Of a DNA stretch of 64,000 bases, positions 38,985 through 50,700 are shown one piece after another. Under the pieces are notes generated by a model. That model had not been told where the DNA came from. It made no database searches and saw only the letters and a list, made by a program, of their open reading frames with translations. Positions within the stretch are counted from its first letter, which is position 1. The number at the start of each line of letters is the position of its first letter. The position numbers and the translations under genes were made by a program. Source of the stretch: Felis catus (Eukaryota); assembly GCF_018350175.1 (NCBI RefSeq), contig NC_058383.1, positions 15,812,001 to 15,876,000 of the forward strand. Direction: 5' to 3'.

Positions 38985-39525
38985 TGACTGGCTGGCACTA
39001 TCTACCTTCTAGTTGCTGCACTTGCCCCTTCCTTTCTGCTTTCAGGCTGCCCAATTATTATGTGATCTGTCCCCTGCCCATAGCTGATTGGTTCAAGGTA
39101 AGGCACCTGCCCCAAACTGATCTAATGAAAGAATTCTCATGTATTTTTGGACCAGAGAATGAAAAAGAGTTGAAATACATTTTCTTTTGTGTCTGAAGTT
39201 GTAAAAACATAAATTTTAGGTGCTCTCTGTAACCACGTTTCAGACCATGTAGCCTGGAGGATTGGAAGCAGATGAATTGTTGAGAAAAAAGGGTGAAACT
39301 TAGAGATGCACAGAGAGAAGACAGAGAAGCTGGTGGTATTTGAGTCTCTGACTCCATATAGCTCTTGAGGCCCAATTGCATTCATGCTTATGGGTTCCAA
39401 GAGACCCATGATCCAAGAGAAAATGCAGAGGTCCCAAGAGTCCACTGTCCCTTATAATAAATCCATCTTGAGACTTAAACTAGTTTGAGTTGGGTTTCTA
39501 CCACTTGCAACCAAGAATCCAACTA
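38985..39525. mobile_element. Ancient ERV-L-type LTR relic (LTR16/LTR33-like)
   Basis: Terminal motif 'ctagtttgagttgggtttctaccacttgcaaccaagaatccaactaat'; a similar relic at ~51010-51562. Confidence 0.5.
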
Positions 39526-39829
39526 ATGGAGTTGAGTAGACTTAAAAGAGGTATTCTCAAATAGATTTCAGGTAAGCCAGACAGGCTCACAGTTTGGATT
39601 GCACTTCATTCCCTCGGATGCCCTTAGACAGAGTCTTCTCTAACACAGGTCTTCTCTAACACATGCCTCTGCTTGGGATAGATAATCAGAAGTGGTATCC
39701 CTTATCCTCTTTTTTTATGCAGGATTTATCTAATGTAAGCACTTGTCTTATTTTTATGTTTGGATGCCAAGCTTTGGTTAGAATTTAATGACCATGTTTG
39801 TCATTAAGATTACCCAATGATCATTTTAG

Positions 39830-39985
39830 GGCTGTTACAGGTCTAACTGGCAAATGCTACCATCAAGATGTTAAGATTTTCCCAAAATAAGATGCCGGCA
39901 CTGGATGGGACTTCAAGAGAAATACTAAATATTTGCACCACTTTTGCCTCTCTTGACAACGACCTTATACACCATGAGGCAGACG
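39830..39985 (+). other. Candidate exon of an unidentified plus-strand transcript
   Basis: Acceptor CATTTTAG (39829), donor ACG|GTAAGG (39985); ATG at 39868 opens 39 codons MLRFSQNKMPALDGTSREILNICTTFASLDNDLIHHEAD up to the donor; non-repetitive sequence. Product not recognised. Confidence 0.35.
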
Positions 39986-40827
39986 GTAAGGTTCTGAATT
40001 TCGAAGAAACAGAAGGGAAGAATTTTGGATAACGTGATGTGGGGAAAGGATGTGTCCTATATATACAGATGGTTCTCAACCTTGCCTAAGTCCAATCCTG
40101 AACAGTCTACACTGTCATACATTGAATGCACGGTGTACAGACAGACCAAACACACTTTTCAAAGGCCAAATTTGAACTTTTATATGCCAGCCAACTCAGG
40201 ATGATTTCAGGCTAACTCATGAGGGTGTTGTGTAGCTGCCGACAGTCCCTCTTTAGCGTCATCAATTGTCATCATTATCAGTATAGCAGTTGATGTCGTT
40301 ATTTAAATGTTTAATTGAATAGGTATTGATTGGTGTTAAAAAGCAAAGGTCTCATAAACTTAATGCAATTGTGACAAAAGTGGGAATGATTAGGTGGGAC
40401 AAAATTGGTGAAGCTTTAGCTTCAAGTCAGATGTCCGCCATACTGAAACTAGTTAATTTTGTGTTTATTTGTGAAGGAAAAAAAATCAGTTTATGTAGGA
40501 TAACAGAAGACCTTGTAGACATTGGGAAAATTCTTGCCTCTGGACAGGGCCTGAAATGTTCTGTGGCCTGCTTCCATGGGCCTGAGAAGCATAATGAAGC
40601 CAGTCAAGTTTCCCAAGATTCTCCAAGGCAGCCTGTTCTTGGCATTTCCTACGTTACCGTAACAACTCCAAGGAAGTTCTGACCACTAAACTTTAACAGG
40701 ATTGTAAAAGTTTTAGTGCATTCTAAACTTTCTAATTCAAGGTTATATAACTTTGTAATAGAAATATTTCTACAACTATCTATCTATATCTAGATGATGA
40801 TATCTATATCTGGATACAGGTTGTTAG

Positions 40828-40829
40828 AT

Positions 40830-40865
<36 letters not shown>

Positions 40866-40892
40866 TAGATAGATGCTAGATATATAGATAGA
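40828..40892 (+). repeat. (GATA)n tetranucleotide microsatellite
   Basis: Direct reading. Confidence 0.95.
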
Positions 40893-41651
40893 CAGGTGCT
40901 CTATGGGATGTATAGAACACTCTAGTCAGTGGTGTCTGTGTCTGTTCTCCAGGAGAAAAAAGATCCAGACCTCAAGAACTGAGGACAGGAACTCTAGAAT
41001 TTCTGAACTGATGAGTTAAAATAGCTTAGGAATGTGCTGTCTGTTGGGGACTAGCCACAAGAGGACACATTTTAATCATTAGTGCTGATGCAGGCCAGAT
41101 TGCTTTCCAAGAAACCCTGCCCTGTCACTTTTTCCAGCCATTCTTGTCTGAGGACAGAGGAAGTTAAGCAAGCCTGGGTATTCTTGGAAGGAAAGCTATG
41201 CCTGAGCTGGATGGCCAAAGTTTCAGCAGGGGTGTGTGCAATGCAGGCTGTGATGACAGAAAGTGTAGCTCCCTGGATCCTGAGGCAAGAGAGGGGATTT
41301 CAGCAACTGAGCACTTCCAGAGACCACACTCCTCTGGGTTTGGAGACCACAGAAAAAAATCCACTTCCAGAATCCAAATATGACCCCATTTCCCCTGTGT
41401 TTCTGAAATATGGCCAGGGCACACTTCTTATCCAATGACTTTATCTCAAGAAATTTTACAGTTTGAAAAATTGATTTGGTATGATGCAGCTATGGACCCA
41501 GTACTATTAGATTAGAGGATCTTAACTGGAGACACATCACCTGGAGAGACATTTCAAAACTCATAGACCCTGAATCCCCATGCTGAACCCATCAAATCAG
41601 AAAATCTGGGGCCTGAACTCGTATAGTTTGAGAAAGGTCATGGAGATTCTA

Positions 41652-41862
41652 TTTTTTTTTTTTTTTTTTTTAAGGAGAGAGGTTTCTTTCTTTTTTTTTT
41701 TTTTTTTTTTTAACGTTTATTTATTTTTGAGACAGAGAGAGACAAAGCATGAACAGGGGAGGAGCAGAGAGAGAGGAAGACACAGAATCTGAAACAGGCT
41801 CCAGGCTCTGAGCTGTCAGCACAGAGCCCGACATGGGGCTTGAACTCACGGACCGTGAGATC
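41652..41862 (-). mobile_element. 5'-truncated CAN-SINE with two A tails
   Basis: TSD AAGGTCATGGAGATTCTA (41634-41651) versus AAGGTCAAGGAGATTCTA (41863-41880). Confidence 0.9.
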
Positions 41863-42059
41863 AAGGTCAAGGAGATTCTAATGCAAGGACCAAGTTAAGG
41901 GCCAGTGCAAAAAAAAAAAAAACAAAAAAACAAAAAAAAAAAAAACAACACCGTGCCAATAAGTCTAGGCCGTGGCCTTGATATTTTTTCTTTTTATGTT
42001 AAAAATGTTTATTTCACCTGAGTCACCAAAATACATTAGAGGCTACAGGGCGTGTAGAC

Positions 42060-42447
42060 CAGGCTTCTCACGTTAACGAACTTATAAATTATATCTTGTT
42101 AAAGTACAGATTCTCATTCATCAGGTCTAGAGTGGGGCCTGACAATTTGCCTTTCGAACAAGTTCCCAGATGATGCCTATGGTGCTGGTCCATACTGTGA
42201 GTAGCAAGGGCCTAGGTCAGTGGTTCTTAATCTGGGGCAATTTTGTCACTACCCACCCTAGGGGACATTTGGCAGTGAGAAATGTCCACAGATGTTTTTG
42301 GTTGTCAACTGGGGAAAGGGATGGTGTTAACCATCTAACCGGTAGAGGCCAGTTGTACTGCTACACGTCCTACAGTGCACAGGAAAGCCCCCATGACAAA
42401 GACTGGCCAGCCCAAAACGTCTGTGGCTCTAAGGTTGAAAAATGCTA
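42060..42447. mobile_element. MER5-like and MER20-like hAT relics
   Basis: 'agattctcattcatcaggtctagagtggggcctga' and 'cagtggttcttaatctggggcaattttg...ggggacatttggcagtg...aaggttgaaaaa'. Confidence 0.7.
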
Positions 42448-43309
42448 GACTAGACCAAATGCAAAACGTATAAGGTTTCTGAAAAGTAGTTATTTTCGTC
42501 TTCTTTGCTTCAATGTTGGGAATTAAGAGAATTTTTTTTTTTTGAAGAGAATTTTATAGAAGGAGATGTGCATTTGCCCTGTACCCAGTGATTGAGGAAA
42601 GGAGTTCCTCAGAGAATTCCCTAAAGTACCCAAGCATCAAAGAGCTGGCTTTAAATATTTAACAAATCTGAAGCCAGCCCACAGCAGTAGCATTCAAACA
42701 AGAATGTTCCTGTTACCCTCTCCTGTCTGTTTCACCCAAGTGTTCACAAGTTAGCCACCCACAACACGTTCCCCAATTTCCCACCTGTATTCCTGTGTTC
42801 CAGATCACAATCTTCACCCTGAGAATCTTCTTACCTCCTCTTCCTTCCCATTAGGTTTTAATGTTTATTTATTCTTGGCGGGGGGGGGGGGGGTGTGCAA
42901 AGTTGGGGAGGAGTAGTGAGAGAGGAAGACACAGAATCGAAAGCAGGCTCCAATCTCTGAGCTGTCAGCATAGAGCCTGAGGCGGGGTCCGAACTCCTAA
43001 ATTGTGAGGTCATGACCTAAGCCGAAGTCAGATGCTTAACCAACTGAGCCGCCCAGGTGCCCTCCTTCCCATTAGGTTTTAAGGCCTCATTGAAACACTC
43101 CTCCCTTGACCATCCTCACCTGGAGTGATCGGGCCCTTTTCTGGTTTCCCTTGATTTGCTGTCACAGACCATATGTATGCCCCTATCATCATAGCTCTTC
43201 TTTTTAAGAACAGCTTTACTGAGATAAAATTCATACAGCATACAATTCACCCATACCACTCAGTGGTTTTTCGTATATTCGGGGGAGATGTGCAACCATC
43301 ACTGCAATG

Positions 43310-43905
43310 TTGTGATTTATAAGAAATATAAATTTGGTCATTCAGATGACCAAAATATTTTTCTCAAATATATTTGGTCTTTATCCACAGTTCCTGGCTC
43401 ACAGCTCCCAAAACCCTTGGAATTTCCTAAGTGCTGAAAGTCATAAATGTGTCTTTTGTTACGTTAATGAACATAACATTTTTAGACCCCACCCAAGGGT
43501 AGGGGCTGTTTGCCAGAAGGACCAACCATGTGGTTAGAGGGGTAGAAGTTTCAGTCCCCCGCTGTGTGTCTCTTCATCTGGCTGTTGATTTGTATCCTTT
43601 ATCGCCCTTTAATAAACTGGTAAATTAAGTGTTTGCCTGAGTTGTGTGAGCTGCTCTAGCAAATTAATTAACTTGAGGAGATTGTTAGAACCTTCAACTC
43701 GTAGTGGGTTAGAAGCACATGTAACAGCCTGGGGCTTGCAACTAGCATCTGAAATGGGGGCTGGGGGGCAATTGTACAGGATTGAGCCCTTAACCTGTTG
43801 GAATCTAATCTCCAGGTAGTGTTTGTCACCAGAGACATCCTGTTGGTGTCCTGTTGGTGTCCAAAGTGTTTCCCCCACACACATTGGAATTGGGTCTGGG
43901 AACAC
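43310..43905 (+). mobile_element. Solo LTR, MER21-like, inside an old minus-strand L1 3' end (~43200-44670)
   Basis: 'tttggtctttatccacagttcctggctcacagctcccaaaaccc'; flanks carry L1MB-type 'ctttactgagata' and 'ttgggttgtttccac' motifs. Confidence 0.7.
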
Positions 43906-44924
43906 TAAAAGAATCATCATACCAATTTTAGAACATTTTCATCACCTAGAAAAGAAACACTGTACCCTTTACTTCTCACTCCTCATCCCCATCTCTTCCT
44001 AGTCATAAACACTAATCTATTCCATAGATTTCTCTATTAGAGACATTTCAAATGAATGGAATAATATAATATGTGGTCTTTTGTGACTAGCTTCTCTCAG
44101 CACAAAGTTTTCAAGGTTCACCAACATGGTAACATGAATTAGTGCATTATTCCTTTTTATAACCAAATAATATTTCATCGTATGAATATGCTACATTTTT
44201 TAAATTTTTTTATTTAAAAAAATTTTTTTAATGTTTTATTTATTTTTTGAGACAGAGAGAGACAGAGCATGAGCAGGGGAGGGGCAGAGAGAGAGGGAGA
44301 CACAGAATCTGAAGCAGGCTCCAAGCTCCGAGCTGTCAGCACAGAGCCCGACGTGGGGCTTGAACTCACAAACCAAAAGATCATGACCTGATCCAAAGTC
44401 GGAAGCTTAACCAACTGAGCCACCCAGGCGACCCTGAATATGCTACATTTTGTTTAGCCACTTGTCAGCTGACAGACATTGGGTTGTTTCCACCTTGTAG
44501 CTATTGTGAATAATGCTGCTACAAACATTTGTGTACAAGTTTTTGTGGGGATATATGTTTTCATCTCTCTTGGGTGTGTACCTAGGAGTGGAATTGCTGG
44601 GTCATGTGGTGACTCAATGTTTAGGTATTTCAGGACCTGCCAGACTTTTCTAAGTGACTGTACCAGCTGCAACATCAGGAGATCCTGCTGCCCTTTCTCC
44701 CACCCCATCCTGCTGCACACCAAAGGAGTCTCCCATGAGCACAGCTCTTCTCCTGCATCAGAGCATGCATTGGAATAGACCATCCAAAGTGTGGGGTGAA
44801 GCCAAGGCCCAACACATAGAGACTTAGAGCAGAAGTCTTGTCAAGTGGACACTGAAGAAAATAACTGGACTGGATGCTATTTGTGGCCCTCTGAAGATCT
44901 AACAACCCAGGAGGGAGGGGGGAA

Positions 44925-44965
<41 letters not shown>

Positions 44966-45551
44966 CTCAGATTTTATTGCATGTCCCAGCTTCACTCTTC
45001 AGGAAAATTCGGTCCCTGGAAAGCAACCAGCCTTCCAGCTGTAAATCAGTTTTAGGAGTTCTTTCTTCCTTTCCTCCCTCAATTCTTCCCCCTCTGCTCT
45101 TTCTCTCTTTCTTCTTTCCTTCTCTCTTTTCCTTTCTTTCTTTCAACTTAATTGTTTCCCATGATAAAAAAAAAAATACATATTATTACAAACACCTTAG
45201 AACATGCCACAAAATATTAAAATGTAAAGAAAAATGCCACTCAGAAAGGGTCACTGTAAACATTTTGATAGTTCCTTTTGACTTTATTAATATGCAGTTT
45301 TTATTTTTTTATTAAAATTTTTTTCAAACGTTTTTATTTATTTTCAAAAGACGGAGAGAGCATGAGTGGGGGAGGGGCAAAAAGAGAGGGAGACACAGAA
45401 TCCAAAGTAGACTTCAGGCTCTGAGCTGTCAGCACAGAGCCCAGTGCAGGGCTCAAACCCATGTGAGATCATGACCTGAGCCGAAGCTGGATGCTTAACA
45501 GACTAAGCCATGCAGGTGCCCCAATACACAGTTTTTAAAAATCATAGATGA

Positions 45552-47294
45552 CCAAGAATCATAAAATACCTAGGAATAAACCTAACCAAAAATGTAAAAG
45601 ATCTGTATGCTGAAAACTACAGAAAGCTTATGAAGGAAATTGAAGAAGATACAAAGAAATGGAAAAATATTCCATGCTCATGGATTGGAAGAATAAATAT
45701 TGTTAAAATATCAATACTACCCAAAGCTATCTACACATTCAATGCAATCCCAATCAAAATTGCACCAGCATTCTCCTCAAAGCTAGAACAAGCAATCCTA
45801 AAATCTGTATGGAACCACAAAAGACCCCGAATAGCCAAAGTAATATTGAAGAAGAAGACCAAAGCAGGAGGCATCACAATCCCAGACTTTAGCCTCTACT
45901 ACAAAGCTTTAATCACCAAGACAGTATGGTATTGGCACAAAAACAGACACATAGACCAATGGAATAGAATAGAGACTCCAGAATTGGACCCACAAAAGTA
46001 TGGCCAACTAATCTTTGACGAAGCAGGAAAGACTATCCAATGGACAAAAGACAGTCTCTTTAACAAATGGTGCTGGGAGAACTGGACAGCAAGATGCAGA
46101 AGAATGAAACTAGACCACTTTCTTACACCATTCACAAAATAAACTCAAAATGGATAAAGGACCTGAATGTGAGACAGGAAACCATGAAAACCCTGGAGGA
46201 GAAAGCAGGGAAAAACCTCTCTGACCTCAGCCTCAGCAATTTCTTGACACATCTCCAAAGGCAAGGGAATTAAAAGCAAAAATGAACTATTGGGACCTCA
46301 TCACGATAAAATCTGCACTGCAAAGGAAACAATCAACAAAACTAAAAGGCAACCAACGGAATGAGAAAAGATATTTGCAAATGACATATCGGACAAAGGG
46401 CTAGTATCCAAAATCTATAAAGAGCTCACCAAACTCCACACCCAAAAAACAATCCAGTGAAGAAATGGGCAGAACATATGAATAGACACTTCTCTAAAGA
46501 AGACATCCAGATGGCCAACAGGCACATGAAAAGATGCTCAACGTCGCTCCTCATCAGGGAAATACAAATCAAAACCACACTCAGATACCACCTCACACCG
46601 ATCAGGGTGGCTAAAATGAACAAATCAGGAGACTATAGATGCTGGAGAGGATGTGGACAAATGGGAACCCTCTTGCACTGTTGGTGGGAATGCAAACTGG
46701 TGCAGCCACTCTGGAAAACAGTGTGGAGGTTCCTCAAAAAATTAAAAATAGATCTACCCTATGACCCAGCAATAGCACTGCTAGGAATTTACCCAAGGGA
46801 TACAGGAGTGCTGATGCATAGGGGCACTTGTACCCCGATGTTTATAGCAGCACTTTCAACAATAGCCAAATTATGGAAAGATCCTAAATGTCCATCAACT
46901 GATGAATGGATAAAGAAATTGTGGTTTGTATACACAATGGAATACTACTTGGCAAGGAGAAAGAATGAAATATGGCCTTTTGTAGCAATGTGGATGGAAC
47001 TGGAGAGTGTTATGCTAACTGAAATAAGTCATACAGAGAAAGACAGATACCATATGTTTTCTTTCTTATGTGGATCCTGAGAAACTTAACAGAAGACCAT
47101 GGAGGAGGGGAAGGAGAAAAAAAAGAGAGGGAGGGAGCCAAACCATAAGAGACTCTTAAAAACTGAGAATAAACTGAGGGTTGTTGGGGGTGAGAGGGAG
47201 GGGAAAGTGGGTGATGGGCATTAAGAAGGGCACCTGTTGGGATGAGCACTGGGTATTGTATGGAAACCAATTTGACAATAAATTTTGTATTTAA
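45552..47294 (+). mobile_element. Young 5'-truncated felid L1
   Basis: ORF2 frames 45630-46142 and 46457-47080 reach the natural C-terminus; TSD AAAAATCATAGATGA (45537-45551) versus AAAAATAATAGATGA (47295-47309). Confidence 0.93.
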
Positions 47295-47319
47295 AAAAAT
47301 AATAGATGAGACCATACTT

Positions 47320-47765
47320 GTAGTAGAATCTTGCAGTAAAGACCTCCAGCTTGCTCACCTCCTCCCCACCACCCCACCATGGTGACTCTGCGCTTGGTTG
47401 TCCTGACTTGCTTTGGCCAACGGGACATTAGCAAACGTGAGGCAATCTGAGGCGTGAAAAGTGCTCACACATTGACACTTGTTCTTTTGCTGCTCTTTGG
47501 GCCCATGAAAGTGCTGTGAGAAGAAGGCTGGGCTAGCTTTTTGGAGGATGAGAGATCACGTGGAATAGAGATGAACGGTCCCACATGAGTCCCATTTAGA
47601 CCAATCAGCCTGCCAGCCGCCAAATGTGAGAATGAGCCATCCCAGACTATCCAGACCCAGCTGCAAAATACCCAGACACACAAAACAAGGGAAATAAATA
47701 CTTAAGTGACTTATGTGACTAAATTTGGAGTGGTTTGTTATGTGGCAAAAGCTGACTGGTATACT
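47320..47765. mobile_element. MaLR LTR (MLT1-like)
   Basis: 'tgacttgctttggccaa...attagcaaacgtga' and terminal 'tttggagtggtttgttatgtggcaaaagctgactggtata'. Confidence 0.65.
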
Positions 47766-50700
47766 AATTTATATAAAATCCTGTGACCTATTTTTTTGCA
47801 CTTGATATTTCCACACAAGCACTTTGTCATATAATTACAAGTCTTCATGAACATATGTTTTAATGGTCACATAATAGTCCCTTAAGGGACATATCTAGTT
47901 GATAAAATTGTGGCCCTGTTGTTTGACATTTAGGTTGTTGTAATTTTGGCATTCATAATGCTCGTGGGATTGATATTCTTATGCGTAAAGAATTTTCCTA
48001 TATGTTAAATTATTTTCTGAGAATGGGTCGTCTGGAGTAGAATTACAAAGTCAAGGTGAAAGACCTTTTACTTTCTTTACCTCCTGACTGTGGAAATTTA
48101 AACAAATGAAACACCAAAGAGTATAATGCATCCCATGGACATGAAGATTTTGCCATTCTTCTTTTATGTATCTATTCCTCATCCCAAGGTTTTTTTCCCT
48201 GAAGTATTTTAATCTCTCCTTTAACATGAACATTTTTAGTATGTATTTCTAACTGATAAGGATTTTTAAAAAACATGAGCACGGGGCGCCTAGGTGGTTC
48301 AGTCAGTTGGCTGGCCGACTTTGGCTCAGGACGTGATCTTGCGGTCTGTGAGTTCGAGCCCCGCATCGGGCTCCGTGCTGACAGCTTGGAGCCCGGATGC
48401 TGCTTCAAATTCTGTGCCTCCCTCTCTCTCTGCCCCTTCTCCATTAGCACTCTGTCTCTCTCTGCCTTTCAAAAATGAATAAACGTTAAAAAAATTCTTT
48501 AAAAAAATTAAAATTAAAAAACATAAACACAATTTTATTATCATAATTAACAGCATGAACAATAATACATTAATATCATCCAACAATCAGTCTATGTTAA
48601 TCTCCCCTGATTGTCTGAAATTATATTGATTTATTCAAATCAATATCCAAAGAAGGTCTTGGTTGATATATGTCTTAACTTTTCACTCTTGTAAATTCCC
48701 CATAAACTGGATTTGGTTGACCACATCCTTCTGATGACATTTAACACATTTCTCTAGCCTCCATATTTTCTGTTATTCTAGAGACATTTGATTAAGCTAA
48801 AAGAATTTTTTTTTTTGCATGAATACTTCATTGGGAATGATATGCTGCCTATTACATCACATCAAAAGCTCAACATCTGGTTGTCCCTTTGTATGATCTT
48901 AAAATTGATCAGTGGGTCCAGAAGCTGTCAGTCTGCTTACTTCACCAAATGTTTTCAACAGCCACTGATAATCACTGCCTAAATTTATTACTTCATTAGG
49001 TATTGTAAATAATGATTTTCTAAGCCTATAATTCCTTTTGCTGAAATTCTGTGAAAAGAAGAAATTTCTTTCATCAGCAATTTGGGTATCCCAAAATAGA
49101 GTTGATAAGGAAAGGCAGGATAAATGCTTAATTCTTTTCTTCCTTTGCCAACTTGCAGAATGAATTGGTATCCTAGAAGTTCAAAAGATAATGTTTTGCT
49201 TTTGTATTTTAGTAGTAGGAATGCTTAGATTATTATATTCTTGATGTGTTTCAATCCGTTGCAGTCATCGTTCTTTTGAATACCAAATATTCTTTTGAAT
49301 GCCCTGTTTTTCTCCAAATAAGGTTATTACATATAAGCTATGTGTGAAAATACCCATCTATTCTTTATTTCATTAAGACTGGATATTCTTGGGGCACCTG
49401 GGTGGCTCAGTTGGTTGAACCAGCTTCGGCTCAGGTCATGATCTCACGGTTTATGAGTTTGAGCCCCGCGTGGGGCTCTGTGCTGACAGCTCAGAGCCTG
49501 GAGCCTGCTTTGGATTCTGTGTCTCCCTCTCTCTGCCCCTCCCCAACTCATGCTCTGTCTTTCTCTGTCTCAGAAATAAACATTAAAAAAAATTTTTTTT
49601 AAAAGACTGGATATTCTTATTAAGAGAGAAAGAGATAACAAATACATACCATATATATACATATATTACATGTGAATCAATTGTTGTCATGGAGAATGTA
49701 AATGGACATCAATATTGTTTTAAATGGCCCCTGAGTGATTTTAAAGTACAGCCAGCGTTGGGAATCACTAGACCAGTGCTTCTCAACCTGTGTTTACAAA
49801 TCCCCTGGGCATATTGTTAAGAGGCAAATCAGATTTGGCAGGACTGGGGTGGAGCTAAGATTATATATTATATATTATATATGTGTGTTATAGATATATT
49901 ATATATTTGTATATATTATATATAATTTGCTATCAATATTTTAATGTTTATTTATTTTGAGATAGAGAAAGGTGTGGGGAGGGGCAAAGTGAGAGGGAGA
50001 GAGAGAACCCCAAGCAACAATGCAGGGCTTGAACTCACAAACTGTGATATCATGACCTCAGCCGAAATTAAGAGTCAGAAACTTAACCAACTGAGCCACC
50101 TAGGTGATTTTTTAAAAAATAGATTTTTTAAAAAATACCTTTGTGCTGGTTTGTCTTTTTTTTTTTCATTCCCAGTGAGGTTGAAAATTTTCTGTATGTC
50201 ATTAGCCATTTGTATTTGGCTCTTGGTGAACTGTGTAGATATATCCTATTGGTAAATGAGTTAAAAGTTCTTAGCAGTTAAAAAAATTAATTTATGTGAA
50301 TTTTTATATATTAAAGATATTAACATGTTGCCTGTTATATTTATTGCACATTATTTTCACAGTTAATTGTTTCCCTTCAATTTTAAGTATATAAGTTCTC
50401 TGTTTTATAAAGGTAAAACTATTTATCTTTTTATTTGTGAGTTATTCCAATATTATTAAATTTAGAAAGTTATTTTCCACCATGAAATTTGACAAATATT
50501 TTACTCTATTTTATTCTAGTATTTTAATGGGTTAAAAAAATCAGCTTAGGGGTTACTGGGTGGCTCAGTCAGTTAAGCGTCCAACTCTTGATTTCAGTTC
50601 ACGTCATGATGTCACGGTTCATGAGTTCAAGCTCCACATCAGGCTCTGTGCTGACAGGTCAGACCTGGAGCCTGCTTCAGATTCTGTGTCCCCCTCTCTC

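Noticed and set aside
40775..40895. CTAT-rich tract facing the (GATA)n tract as a possible hairpin
   Set aside because: Low-complexity self-complementarity that is ordinary for this microsatellite class
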